Of a stretch of 14,419 nt of DNA, positions 1 through 7,136 are shown piece after piece. The notes beneath the pieces were generated by a model. The model did no database searches, was not told the origin of the DNA, and worked only from the letters and a program-made list of their open reading frames with translations. Position 1 is the stretch's first letter, and each line of letters starts with the position of its first letter. Source of the DNA: a virus (taxonomy: Duplodnaviria; Heunggongvirae; Uroviricota; Caudoviricetes); the IMG/VR virus record IMGVR_UViG_3300029518_000200. The stretch is one strand, 5' to 3'. A program made the position numbers and the translations under genes.

Positions 1-622
1 CCGTGTTAAACAGGTCTACAGCAAATCCATGCTGGCTTGGAATGTAATCCGATCCAATGGCTTTATCCCAGTCTTTTTCGCGAAGATTCCATTCTGTGTC
101 AGAAATGTCTTCAGGACGGTCTGTCTGATTTTGATAGTGATAGTCTGTCAGAAAATCAGGACGTGATTCCAGATAGTCCCTGAGCATTGGATTGCCAAAA
201 AACATGACAAGCGTCTTTGTTTCCATAGGAATAATCTGAAGTTTGCAACGATAGTCATAGCAACTTCGAAATGGTGAAAACTTGGCACATTTACTGATTT
301 CGTCAATTATATGCATATAAATGCCAATATAGACACTTTGCCATTTACCTTCCTGCACGGCTTTCCATATGCCGTGTATATAATGATTATCTGCATTTTG
401 ATTGTTTTGGTGGTCTGTATTTGCAACCATTTCTGCGACACGGTCATCACCATTAGCTTGTTTGAAATTATAGAAATACAACGTTTTTGCAATAACCTTC
501 TGTAAGATGTCACGGTTGCAGATGTTTTTGATTTCTGTTCTGAGACCATCGAATATGTGGCTTAATTCATACATGGAATAGTTATGTGTGAATTTATAAG
601 CATCGTATATTTTTGTACTCAT
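1..622 (-). CDS. Hypothetical protein, phage-like, 3'-truncated by the window edge (>207 aa; MSTKIYDAYKF...DYHYQNQTDRPEDISDTEWNLREKDWD...)
   Basis: Translated by hand (absent from the ORF track): ATG at 622 after AAAGGAGG RBS, open to the window edge; upstream motif at 664-678. Confidence 0.85.
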   Translation of the reverse strand, partial: MSTKIYDAYKFTHNYSMYELSHIFDGLRTEIKNICNRDILQKVIAKTLYFYNFKQANGDDRVAEMVANTDHQNNQNADNHYIHGIWKAVQEGKWQSVYIGIYMHIIDEISKCAKFSPFRSCYDYRCKLQIIPMETKTLVMFFGNPMLRDYLESRPDFLTDYHYQNQTDRPEDISDTEWNLREKDWDKAIGSDYIPSQHGFAVDLFNT

Positions 623-663
623 AGTTTTCCTCCTTTATTGTTATTTTTGTTTATGACTACAAA

Positions 664-678
664 ATAAATATGGATTTT
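664..678 (-). promoter_or_regulatory. Motif A (AAAATCCATATTTAT), putative element-specific promoter/operator
   Basis: One of 7 co-oriented copies; 41 nt upstream of ATG 622. Confidence 0.75.
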
Positions 679-687
679 ATGTAAAAC

Positions 688-716
688 AAAAAGCTCCCTA
701 TTTTTAGAGAGCTTTT
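688..716 (-). terminator. Intrinsic terminator
   Basis: Minus strand AAAAGCTCTCTA-AAAA-TAGGGAGCTTTTT, just after the stop at 735. Confidence 0.8.
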
Positions 717-734
717 CTAAGTTTACTTCGAGCC

Positions 735-1370
735 TTAGGACTCAAAGCCCCAGTATTCGTTATCGAGCTGGTCAAAAGTAATTCTTGGCTTGCTCTTTTT
801 TCTTTTCTTCTCATGAGCTTTCTTTGCCTCCTCATATTTATACTTTGTCACCTGTTTCACTGCTTCTTTGAAGCGCTCAGATGGTTCAGTATTAATGAGT
901 GGATGCTCATGAAAACCGCCAACGTTGTCTGTGAAATTATTGTCACGGGCAGTCTGGCAGTAATTGTTGTGAAACAGTTTCACGTCATCAAGATTAAAGT
1001 CGATGTAAAATACATCCTGTTTCTTTCTGATGTACAGTCTATTCCCAACAATCTCGAGTTTTGCCTTAGCAATAAACACTAAGTTGTAAATCAACTTAGG
1101 ATATATACTGAATCTGTTAACAAGTTCAGCATATGTGTTCTTATTGCTGGCATAATCTTTTGCTCCGCTTGCCAGATAAACGAGTGTCTCGCATGTAGGA
1201 CATACATTCATCTTCTGCGGATTGAACTTGTCAAGAGCAGTGCAACCCTCAATATTCCATTCTTTTATATAAGAACAATTTATTGCATGCACCATTCTTG
1301 CGCCTCCCAGAGGTCTGATAAGTGCAGTGTTCTTATCAATACCTGTCTCTTTGAACAATATATTATTCAT
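735..1370 (-). CDS. Hypothetical protein (211 aa, MNNILFKETG...), with CPTC and a basic C-terminal patch
   Basis: Start moved to ATG 1370, which has an AAGGAGG RBS and avoids overlap with the upstream gene. Confidence 0.8.
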   Translation of the reverse strand: MNNILFKETGIDKNTALIRPLGGARMVHAINCSYIKEWNIEGCTALDKFNPQKMNVCPTCETLVYLASGAKDYASNKNTYAELVNRFSIYPKLIYNLVFIAKAKLEIVGNRLYIRKKQDVFYIDFNLDDVKLFHNNYCQTARDNNFTDNVGGFHEHPLINTEPSERFKEAVKQVTKYKYEEAKKAHEKKRKKSKPRITFDQLDNEYWGFES

Positions 1371-1383
1371 TACAGGCACCTCC

Positions 1384-1722
1384 TTAAATGAAATCTGACT
1401 GGGTAAATCCCAGAGACTCCATTGTGTCAATTGGCCAGCAGTCTTCTGACTTACCGATACTTTCTGGTAACACACCTGCATCAGCAAGGAAGAATCTCTC
1501 CCAGCCATTGTGCTTTCCTTCCTGACAACATGCACTGCACATGCAATCAACACAATTCATTGATTCACAGGCTATTTCGCCTGCAACGTACTCATTTGAA
1601 GCATTTAAAACATCTTCAAACTGAGTCTCTGTAAAATATGGCTCAATACTTGAAAACATCTCATTTGCTTCAGGATTAATGCCGTTTCTAGCATTAACCG
1701 TTTCTTCAAAATTCGTTTTCAT
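1384..1722 (-). CDS. Hypothetical Cys-rich protein (112 aa; C-x4-CxxCxCxxCC), possibly metal-binding
   Basis: ORF with GAAAGGAG RBS; motif A 45 nt upstream. Confidence 0.8.
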   Translation of the reverse strand: MKTNFEETVNARNGINPEANEMFSSIEPYFTETQFEDVLNASNEYVAGEIACESMNCVDCMCSACCQEGKHNGWERFFLADAGVLPESIGKSEDCWPIDTMESLGFTQSDFI

Positions 1723-1767
1723 ATATCTTCTCTCCTTTCGCTTTATTTTTTATTTAAGATATACGAA

Positions 1768-1782
1768 ATAAATATGGATTTT
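1768..1782 (-). promoter_or_regulatory. Motif A copy
   Basis: Exact AAAATCCATATTTAT on the minus strand. Confidence 0.75.
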
Positions 1783-1803
1783 TTACAATTCATACGAACA
1801 CAC

Positions 1804-1834
1804 AAAAAAAGAGAGTTTTGTATACTCTCTTTTT
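1804..1834 (-). terminator. Intrinsic terminator (possibly bidirectional)
   Basis: Minus AAAAAGAGAGT-ATACAAA-ACTCTCTTTTTTT. Confidence 0.75.
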
Positions 1835-1965
1835 GGATCCATATTGCTTATATTCATTTCTTTATTCTCAGTGGTAGCATGAACCATGGATTTACATTCA
1901 AACAGTTTTACTGCTGTTGCATTTATTCATTACGTATTACGATATGAACTGATACATACATTCCT

Positions 1966-2245
1966 TCAGTAACATCTGCTCATTAATTATTAACTGTTAC
2001 ATTTTAATCGTATATTACTGTAAACTATTTACATGTAATCTAGTAACATGTGTTTCTTAACACTTATTTCTTACTGGCATCTTTTACAGGCATCATCTTT
2101 ACATACATTCACCACATACACCTTGTAACATATACATCAGTAATATTTACTCATTAATTATTAACTGTTACATTTTTAATCGTATATTACTGTAAACATT
2201 TATATGTAACCTAGTAACATGCACCTCTTAATATTTATTACTTAC
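1966..2245. repeat. Imperfect direct repeat, 2 x ~109 bp (1966-2074, 2137-2245; period 171)
   Basis: Shared core CTCATTAATTATTAACTGTTACATTTT(T)AATCGTATATTACTGTAAAC...TAGTAACATG. Confidence 0.9.
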
Positions 2246-2796
2246 CACCATTCTCTTTACACAATTTATTTATTATCATTCTGTAACATTTACCTGTTAG
2301 TTTTATCTCTTACTTATTATATATATCATTGTAAACAGTATATGTATTAATCTCTTTCTATTTATACTGCTTATATTTATCTCTTTTTATTTAATTGTCG
2401 TGTAACCAGTCCGCCGTCAATTACTCGTTTTACATCTATTTTTCAGCATTAACCTCGCAGCCTTAACGACGGGAAATGCTGAGCTGTTTGACTGAACCCC
2501 CTCAGCAGATTATTAGTTACAATTATACTGCTGCTATGTATTTTTTTTGATATATATTATAGAAAACATTTATTTTAACGGTATATACATTAACGATGAT
2601 ATTTTAAAAAGGATTAAATGTAAGGAATATTTTTGAAATATGATTAACTTGGGGAAATATGTTGTGCGGAAATTCGCTGTAAAGATCGTATTTGATTTAA
2701 GATGAATGCTTAAGAATGAATGTTTTGTTATAAGTATTTTCGTAAGCAATGCTCCGAATTGTTGGTCAGTCTACCATACCCTGACAAGATTTTCTT

Positions 2797-2836
2797 AAAA
2801 AAGAGCGCACTTCTCCACTATGGGGTAAAAATGCAC
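2797..2836 (-). terminator. Probable terminator of the ncRNA
   Basis: Minus GTGCATTTTT...AGAAGTGCGC stem (G-U pairs only work on this strand) followed by TCTTTTTT. Confidence 0.6.
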
Positions 2837-3584
2837 AAGATCTTATCAAAGAATCTGATAGGCTGACAAGAATTGAGTATGTTCTTCGTCGGCTTAACCT
2901 CCGTGAATACAGTATATTGTTCTTCCGCACTTCACCGTAGCTTGAACGGAAGCGCTCACGTCATCAGTCGCCCCTTTGCAGGGTTAAGCACTCTCCTACG
3001 CCTTTCGGCAACGACACATCCTAGAGGGAAAATGCCGATACTTCCTGAAGCTGTCATAATCTGTAAATTATGTCAGACATTCATTTCATATGACATGTGC
3101 GGGCTGCGAACCCGAGAATTTTCCATTGGATGCTTTTTCCTCCTGCCCTCTTATTTATTGACCATGGCATCTGGTCTCAACGCGTTTACTTTTTCGGTTG
3201 GTCCCGCGCCCCCGGACCTCTTCCGATTTCCTTTATCAGTGCTCGCCTTCCGACGTTTCCCATTACAGGATGAACCCGGCTCTTCGTCTACCGGTATACA
3301 TATACCATGAAAGAACAGTTACTGTCCGCTGTATGTGTATATGCTGCACAGTTTGTAGGCAGAAATCGTTTTTATCTAATTATAAAGGCCTGCATGAATC
3401 ATGAGTTTTCTATGTCCGGCGATTTTAGACATTTTCTCTCTCCGATACGATGCTTTTGTTCATTGTTCAGACGGATGCCCAATATATCCTTTTTGGCTTC
3501 CGCTCTTTGCATACCTGACCCAAGCGATTTTATGGGCCGCCAGTTCCACGCTCCCTCCGAAGCAGGTAAACAAAAATTTGTCTG
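2797..3584 (-). ncRNA. Putative large structured ncRNA (~790 nt), family unassigned
   Basis: Bounded by a motif-B promoter (3590-3618) and a hairpin plus U-tract (2797-2836); GC-richer than flanks; many nested stems with GNRA loops on the minus strand; no credible ORF. Confidence 0.7.
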
Positions 3585-3589
3585 TATAT

Positions 3590-3618
3590 ATAATATTCTC
3601 AATTTAATATTTGTCCAA
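3590..3618 (-). promoter_or_regulatory. Motif B, sigma70-like promoter TTGGAC-N17-TATTAT
   Basis: Same hexamers and spacing at 6675-6703 and 12067-12095. Confidence 0.75.
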
Positions 3619-3639
3619 AGAAAAAAGTAAAAAAATGCA

Positions 3640-3675
3640 AGAAAATCAGCATACAGTATAAACCATATGCTGACT
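3640..3675 (-). terminator. Intrinsic terminator
   Basis: Minus AGTCAGCATA-loop-TATGCTGATT-TTCTT, after the stop at 3686. Confidence 0.65.
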
Positions 3676-3685
3676 AAATTGTTAA

Positions 3686-4363
3686 CTACTGGAACATCGG
3701 ACGTTCATCCTCTTCAGCAGCTTCATTGACAGCTCTCTTCTGGTCAATGTCACGGAGCACATCAGCTTCGATTTCTGCCATTGTATCTTCATCAATATCA
3801 AACTGCTGATAAGAAGCATTCTCCATATTGAAGATTAAATGTGCCTGTGTTTCCTGATCATTTCCATCAAGTGTTCTGAAGTATGAAAGTGGGAATGAGA
3901 ATGTTGCTCCAACTTTTCCATCATACTTCTCCGGAATAAAATTGAGTGAGAACATAGGAATTGTTATGTTTTTATTGTCAATATGTTCCTCTGCCATCTG
4001 TCTGTAAGTATTAAGCATTTCCATCAAATCCTTAAGATACTCATCCTGTGGAGTCTCGAATGTAAGAATTACATTTAAGAGATCTCCATCAATTGAGTAA
4101 ATGTCAGCAGTACAACACTCGATTGTAATGTCATCAACAATCTCTCTCTGATCTTCAGTAATCTCATCAAAATCGTCTTCATCGTGTACATCGTGAAGAG
4201 CTTCAATCATTGCAACGATTGTACACGGACAATATCCATCTTCATTTGTTGCAAGAATTTCATTATTAACATCATCTGCTGTAATCTCTCCCGGCTCTAA
4301 CTGAACTTCTTCTACTTCTGGTCTGTCAGGTACCGGTACAGTCATGTTTTCTGTATTTTCCAT
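3686..4363 (-). CDS. Very acidic hypothetical protein (225 aa, MENTENMTV...)
   Basis: Start moved to ATG 4363 (AGAAAGGA RBS); the longer ORF-track start runs through a terminator and motif A. Confidence 0.85.
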   Translation of the reverse strand: MENTENMTVPVPDRPEVEEVQLEPGEITADDVNNEILATNEDGYCPCTIVAMIEALHDVHDEDDFDEITEDQREIVDDITIECCTADIYSIDGDLLNVILTFETPQDEYLKDLMEMLNTYRQMAEEHIDNKNITIPMFSLNFIPEKYDGKVGATFSFPLSYFRTLDGNDQETQAHLIFNMENASYQQFDIDEDTMAEIEADVLRDIDQKRAVNEAAEEDERPMFQ

Positions 4364-4393
4364 TGTTATTAATTCCTTTCTGTAATTTATACA

Positions 4394-4408
4394 ATGAATA
4401 TGGATTTT
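4394..4408 (-). promoter_or_regulatory. Motif A copy (AAAATCCATATTCAT)
   Basis: 30 nt upstream of ATG 4363. Confidence 0.7.
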
Positions 4409-4434
4409 AAAAATACACAGTAATATTTCTGTAC

Positions 4435-4470
4435 AAAAAAAAGAGACATAGAAATACAATGTCTCTTTTT
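4435..4470 (-). terminator. Intrinsic terminator
   Basis: Minus AAAAAGAGACAT-loop-ATGTCTCTTTTTTTT. Confidence 0.85.
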
Positions 4471-4479
4471 ATGTTCTGA

Positions 4480-4917
4480 CTATAAATCACCAAAATCGTC
4501 TGCAGTATCTTCATCTTCGATTTTATTGTTTAATTCCAATGGATCCACTTCTTTATCTTTAATGTCTGCAAGTGGTTCATCTTCTATTCTGTCATTTGCA
4601 TCAAGTTCCATACCCCTGCCTTCATGAGTCTGCATAAAGTTGTCAACTATCTTCTCCATGCTTTCCATATCAAGATTTGTTCCCTCAAATGCTGATGCAA
4701 TATCAGTCTTTGCAAGCAGCTCATTGGTCACAAGCATTTCTGAAAGATTTGAACAATCTTTGAAAGCTCCCTCGCCAATTTTTTCAATATTGTTAGGAAT
4801 TGAAAGGCTGCTTAACATCTGATTTCCTTCATACTGATGAGGCATGATTTCTGTTTTAAGTTTAAGCTGTCTCTCAGTAAGTTCATTAACAAGCTTTGCA
4901 AGGTCATTCTTTGTCAT
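4480..4917 (-). CDS. C-terminal part of the split gene: one BspA-type (LRR_5) repeat and an acidic tail
   Basis: LSSLSIPNNIEKIGEGAFKDCSNL fits LRR_5; no Shine-Dalgarno before ATG 4917. Confidence 0.5.
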   Translation of the reverse strand: MTKNDLAKLVNELTERQLKLKTEIMPHQYEGNQMLSSLSIPNNIEKIGEGAFKDCSNLSEMLVTNELLAKTDIASAFEGTNLDMESMEKIVDNFMQTHEGRGMELDANDRIEDEPLADIKDKEVDPLELNNKIEDEDTADDFGDL

Positions 4918-4971
4918 TTCAACGTTTCTAGGTGAACCAGCAATTCCTTCCCTGCCACCTGCTTCCGGTCC

Positions 4972-5940
4972 TCAGAGTTCCTGAACAATTTCCTTTGCGT
5001 TAAGCTGCTTACCGCCATCTTCAAAGGCAAGTGTGATTGATTTAAATTTCTCATTATAAGTAACTGTCGCTGGACAGATTGTATTCTGGTTTGGTGAGAA
5101 ATATGATGCTGCACAGAAAATACCATTTGTGTCAAATACTCTTACATCCTTATTCTCGTAAACAAGCTGGTCTTCAACCTCTTTCTCTCTTGTCTGAGCC
5201 CATTCCTTGCCTGCTGTAATCAGTTTGTCATGTTCCGGATCGTTAATATCTACAATAGCATTCACAACATTGTAAGTATCGTCAATCTGTTTTGTCACAT
5301 CAATGGCTTCTGTATAACGCTGTCTAGGCTGTCCATCATTATAAGCATAATACGCATTAAGCTTATCCTGAATATCTTTATCAAGCTCGTGGATATGATG
5401 CGCGCCTTTTACATCAATCATTTCAGCAGCTTCCCAGAATCTGTAGTCTTCCGGCTTTCTTCCCTGTAAAGCGTATATTCCGCCAAGGGTATCAAGGTCA
5501 ATATGCGATACAACAACAGTAGCAAATGGTGGAAGCTCAGGAACATCCGGTGTATTACATGGAGCAGGATTGTTCGAACGAGGACCATGATGGGCAAGTG
5601 TCACCATTGTTCCTTCAAGGCACTCATCTCCATATTCGGCTTCGACAGTTGCTTCTGCCTTTATGTTTTTAGCTATATCGTATGATGGCGCAAGGATGAC
5701 TCTCTGGTCTTCACGTATGGCTTTAGAAAGGTCGCCGTTCTTACCAACAACCTTGTATGAGTAAGAATAATTCTGCTGGTTCTGATAGTCGTTTAGCTGT
5801 TTTTCCTTTATTAAATCTATGGCTTCTGTTTCTGTACGACAAATAAAAGCATCTGAATTATACTGAAAGTACCTTGCTGCCAGTATTTTATGTCCGGAGA
5901 AATCTTCGTACCGGACAAAGATTTGCGATCTTTCTCCCAT
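4972..5940 (-). CDS. N-terminal part of the split gene: putative DHH-superfamily phosphoesterase (322 aa)
   Basis: AAAGGAG RBS; motifs TLAHH, SHIDLDTLGG and IDVKG. Confidence 0.65.
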   Translation of the reverse strand: MGERSQIFVRYEDFSGHKILAARYFQYNSDAFICRTETEAIDLIKEKQLNDYQNQQNYSYSYKVVGKNGDLSKAIREDQRVILAPSYDIAKNIKAEATVEAEYGDECLEGTMVTLAHHGPRSNNPAPCNTPDVPELPPFATVVVSHIDLDTLGGIYALQGRKPEDYRFWEAAEMIDVKGAHHIHELDKDIQDKLNAYYAYNDGQPRQRYTEAIDVTKQIDDTYNVVNAIVDINDPEHDKLITAGKEWAQTREKEVEDQLVYENKDVRVFDTNGIFCAASYFSPNQNTICPATVTYNEKFKSITLAFEDGGKQLNAKEIVQEL

Positions 5941-5941
5941 A

Positions 5942-6250
5942 TTAATTCTCCTTTACTGTTAATGCTTCAAGTTTTTCCTTGGTGTTTGCCGATGCATAAA
6001 CCTCGATGCCTGTTATCACAGCAACAGGCTCATGGCTTTCCTGTTCCTTACAGAATTCTGAGAAACATTCGTCAAGGTCATTAATACCCTGTTCTGATGT
6101 AATATTCTCAATATCAAAAGAAACCTCATCTTCGTCAGCGCCAAACTGAAAAACCTTTTCGCATGAAAGAAATCTGACGTGAACTACTGCCCACTTTTTT
6201 ACGCCCTCAATGTTGTTAATTTTGTGATTTTTTAAATACTCTTTGACCAT
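5942..6250 (-). CDS. Hypothetical protein (102 aa)
   Basis: AAAGGAGG RBS; abuts the next gene. Confidence 0.85.
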   Translation of the reverse strand: MVKEYLKNHKINNIEGVKKWAVVHVRFLSCEKVFQFGADEDEVSFDIENITSEQGINDLDECFSEFCKEQESHEPVAVITGIEVYASANTKEKLEALTVKEN

Positions 6251-6294
6251 AATAATATCCTCCTTTAATTAATTTATTTAAAAATGGTTACAGG

Positions 6295-6309
6295 ATAAAT
6301 ATGGATTTT
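6295..6309 (-). promoter_or_regulatory. Motif A copy
   Basis: Exact AAAATCCATATTTAT, 44 nt upstream of ATG 6250. Confidence 0.75.
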
Positions 6310-6314
6310 TCTTA

Positions 6315-6644
6315 TTAATTAATAGCCCATTCTTTGACCATTTTCTTGCAGAGATTCAACAGCTTGGTCTCATTGGCCGCAATATTAGCTTTTACAAGCT
6401 TTTCGTTACCAATATATAAATCCTCACCGATAAGGATTAAGTCAGCAATAGTCTGTGCATATGCAAACAGATTATTTTTAAGCACTGCCTTGTCATAGGA
6501 AGCAAACAGTTCATAAAAACCATTATCCTTGTTGCCAAGCGCATCCTTATACACATCGGTCCAGTATTCTCCTTTGTTATTTTTCTTACTCCCATATAGG
6601 AGATTAAATATTTCGTCTATGTGTTTTTCTATTGTTTTTACCAT
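6315..6644 (-). CDS. Hypothetical protein (109 aa)
   Basis: AAGGAG RBS; motif B promoter upstream. Confidence 0.85.
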   Translation of the reverse strand: MVKTIEKHIDEIFNLLYGSKKNNKGEYWTDVYKDALGNKDNGFYELFASYDKAVLKNNLFAYAQTIADLILIGEDLYIGNEKLVKANIAANETKLLNLCKKMVKEWAIN

Positions 6645-6674
6645 TTATAACTCCTTATACTATGTTTTTTTTAT

Positions 6675-6703
6675 ATAATATGCAAAGTTCTGATTTTGTC
6701 CAA
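6675..6703 (-). promoter_or_regulatory. Motif B promoter TTGGAC-N17-TATTAT
   Basis: 30 nt upstream of ATG 6644. Confidence 0.75.
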
Positions 6704-6738
6704 AGTATCATTATTAATTTTGATATTTTTATAATATA

Positions 6739-6834
6739 TTTATGTGTAGTTTTATAGTTAGCTTTATACATATGTTTATACACATATTTATGTACATATT
6801 TATACACATATTTATATACATATTTATGTACATA
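6739..6834. repeat. Tandem 12-bp array, consensus TTTATRYACATA (5 near-perfect and 3 degenerate units)
   Basis: Units start at 6739, 6751, 6763, 6775, 6787, 6799, 6811 and 6823, each with TTTAT. Confidence 0.9.
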
Positions 6835-6887
6835 AAAAGAAAAAGCCCCGCCAGAAGCGACAATACATCAGCTGACGAGACCTTTTT
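6834..6887 (-). terminator. Intrinsic terminator with a large loop
   Basis: Minus AAAAAGGTCTCGTCAG...CTGGCGGGGCTTTTTCTTTT; G-U pairs fix the strand. Confidence 0.75.
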
Positions 6888-6894
6888 ATCATTT

Positions 6895-7077
6895 TTAATA
6901 GCCGCAGTAAGATCTGCGAGCAGAGAAATCTGCTTTTCTTTCAGCCTTTCTCTGTTTATCTTTGCGGCTTGCCCATTTGCCATATCCAACAGCATGTGTA
7001 TTAAATTTTGGCATAATGGTTGCTTCAAGTCCAGACATTACTGAAATTGTCTGAACTTTATTTTTCCTTTTACTCAT
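6895..7077 (-). CDS. Small basic protein (60 aa, MSKRKNKVQ...)
   Basis: ATG 7077 with AAAGGAGG RBS; has its own motif A and terminator. Confidence 0.8.
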   Translation of the reverse strand: MSKRKNKVQTISVMSGLEATIMPKFNTHAVGYGKWASRKDKQRKAERKADFSARRSYCGY

Positions 7078-7115
7078 AACGAATTCCTCCTTTAAAAACA
7101 TGTTAATAAGTTGCA

Positions 7116-7130
7116 ATGTATATGGATTTT
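7116..7130 (-). promoter_or_regulatory. Motif A copy (AAAATCCATATACAT)
   Basis: 38 nt upstream of ATG 7077. Confidence 0.7.
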
Positions 7131-7136
7131 GTTGTT

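Larger units (their letters stand above)
4480..5940 (-). pseudogene. DHH-like phosphoesterase plus LRR_5 gene (486 codons) interrupted by one in-frame TGA at 4972-4974 (nonsense allele or readthrough)
   Basis: The two ORFs are in frame; the join reads ...IVQEL*GPEAGGREGIAGSPRNVEMTKND, and GGR-x-x-IAG resembles the DHHA1 GGH-x-x-AAG motif. Confidence 0.65.

Noticed and set aside
307..549. ORF-track ORFs 307..549(-) and 311..505(+)
   Set aside because: Shadows of the real minus-strand gene starting at 622, which has an RBS.
1966..2245. CRISPR array
   Set aside because: Only two long imperfect copies; no repeat-spacer periodicity and no cas genes.
2892..2989. Canonical hammerhead ribozyme (CUGAUGA at 2961-2967, minus)
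   Set aside because: Stem II is followed by GAGG rather than GAAA, and no matching NUH site is present.
2797..3584. RNase P, tmRNA, group I/II intron or retron msr-msd
   Set aside because: No GAGGAAAGUCC P4 signature, tRNA-like ends, group II domain V or group I P7 found by eye; no interrupted gene and no reverse transcriptase in the window.
2873..3630. ORFs 2873..3310, 3198..3404, 3307..3630, 3399..3602, 3401..3607
   Set aside because: Mutually overlapping, no RBS, atypical composition; expected by-products of a GC-richer structured region.
4972..4974. Genome-wide TGA=Trp recoding or selenocysteine
   Set aside because: Long Trp-containing genes (nrdD, thyA) are unbroken in code 11; the context suggests Trp, not Cys.
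6729..7044. ORFs 6729..7028(-) and 6742..7044(+)
   Set aside because: Their repetitive peptides (MYIN/IFIH) come from the 12-bp array, and they cross a terminator and overlap the RBS-led 6895..7077 gene.
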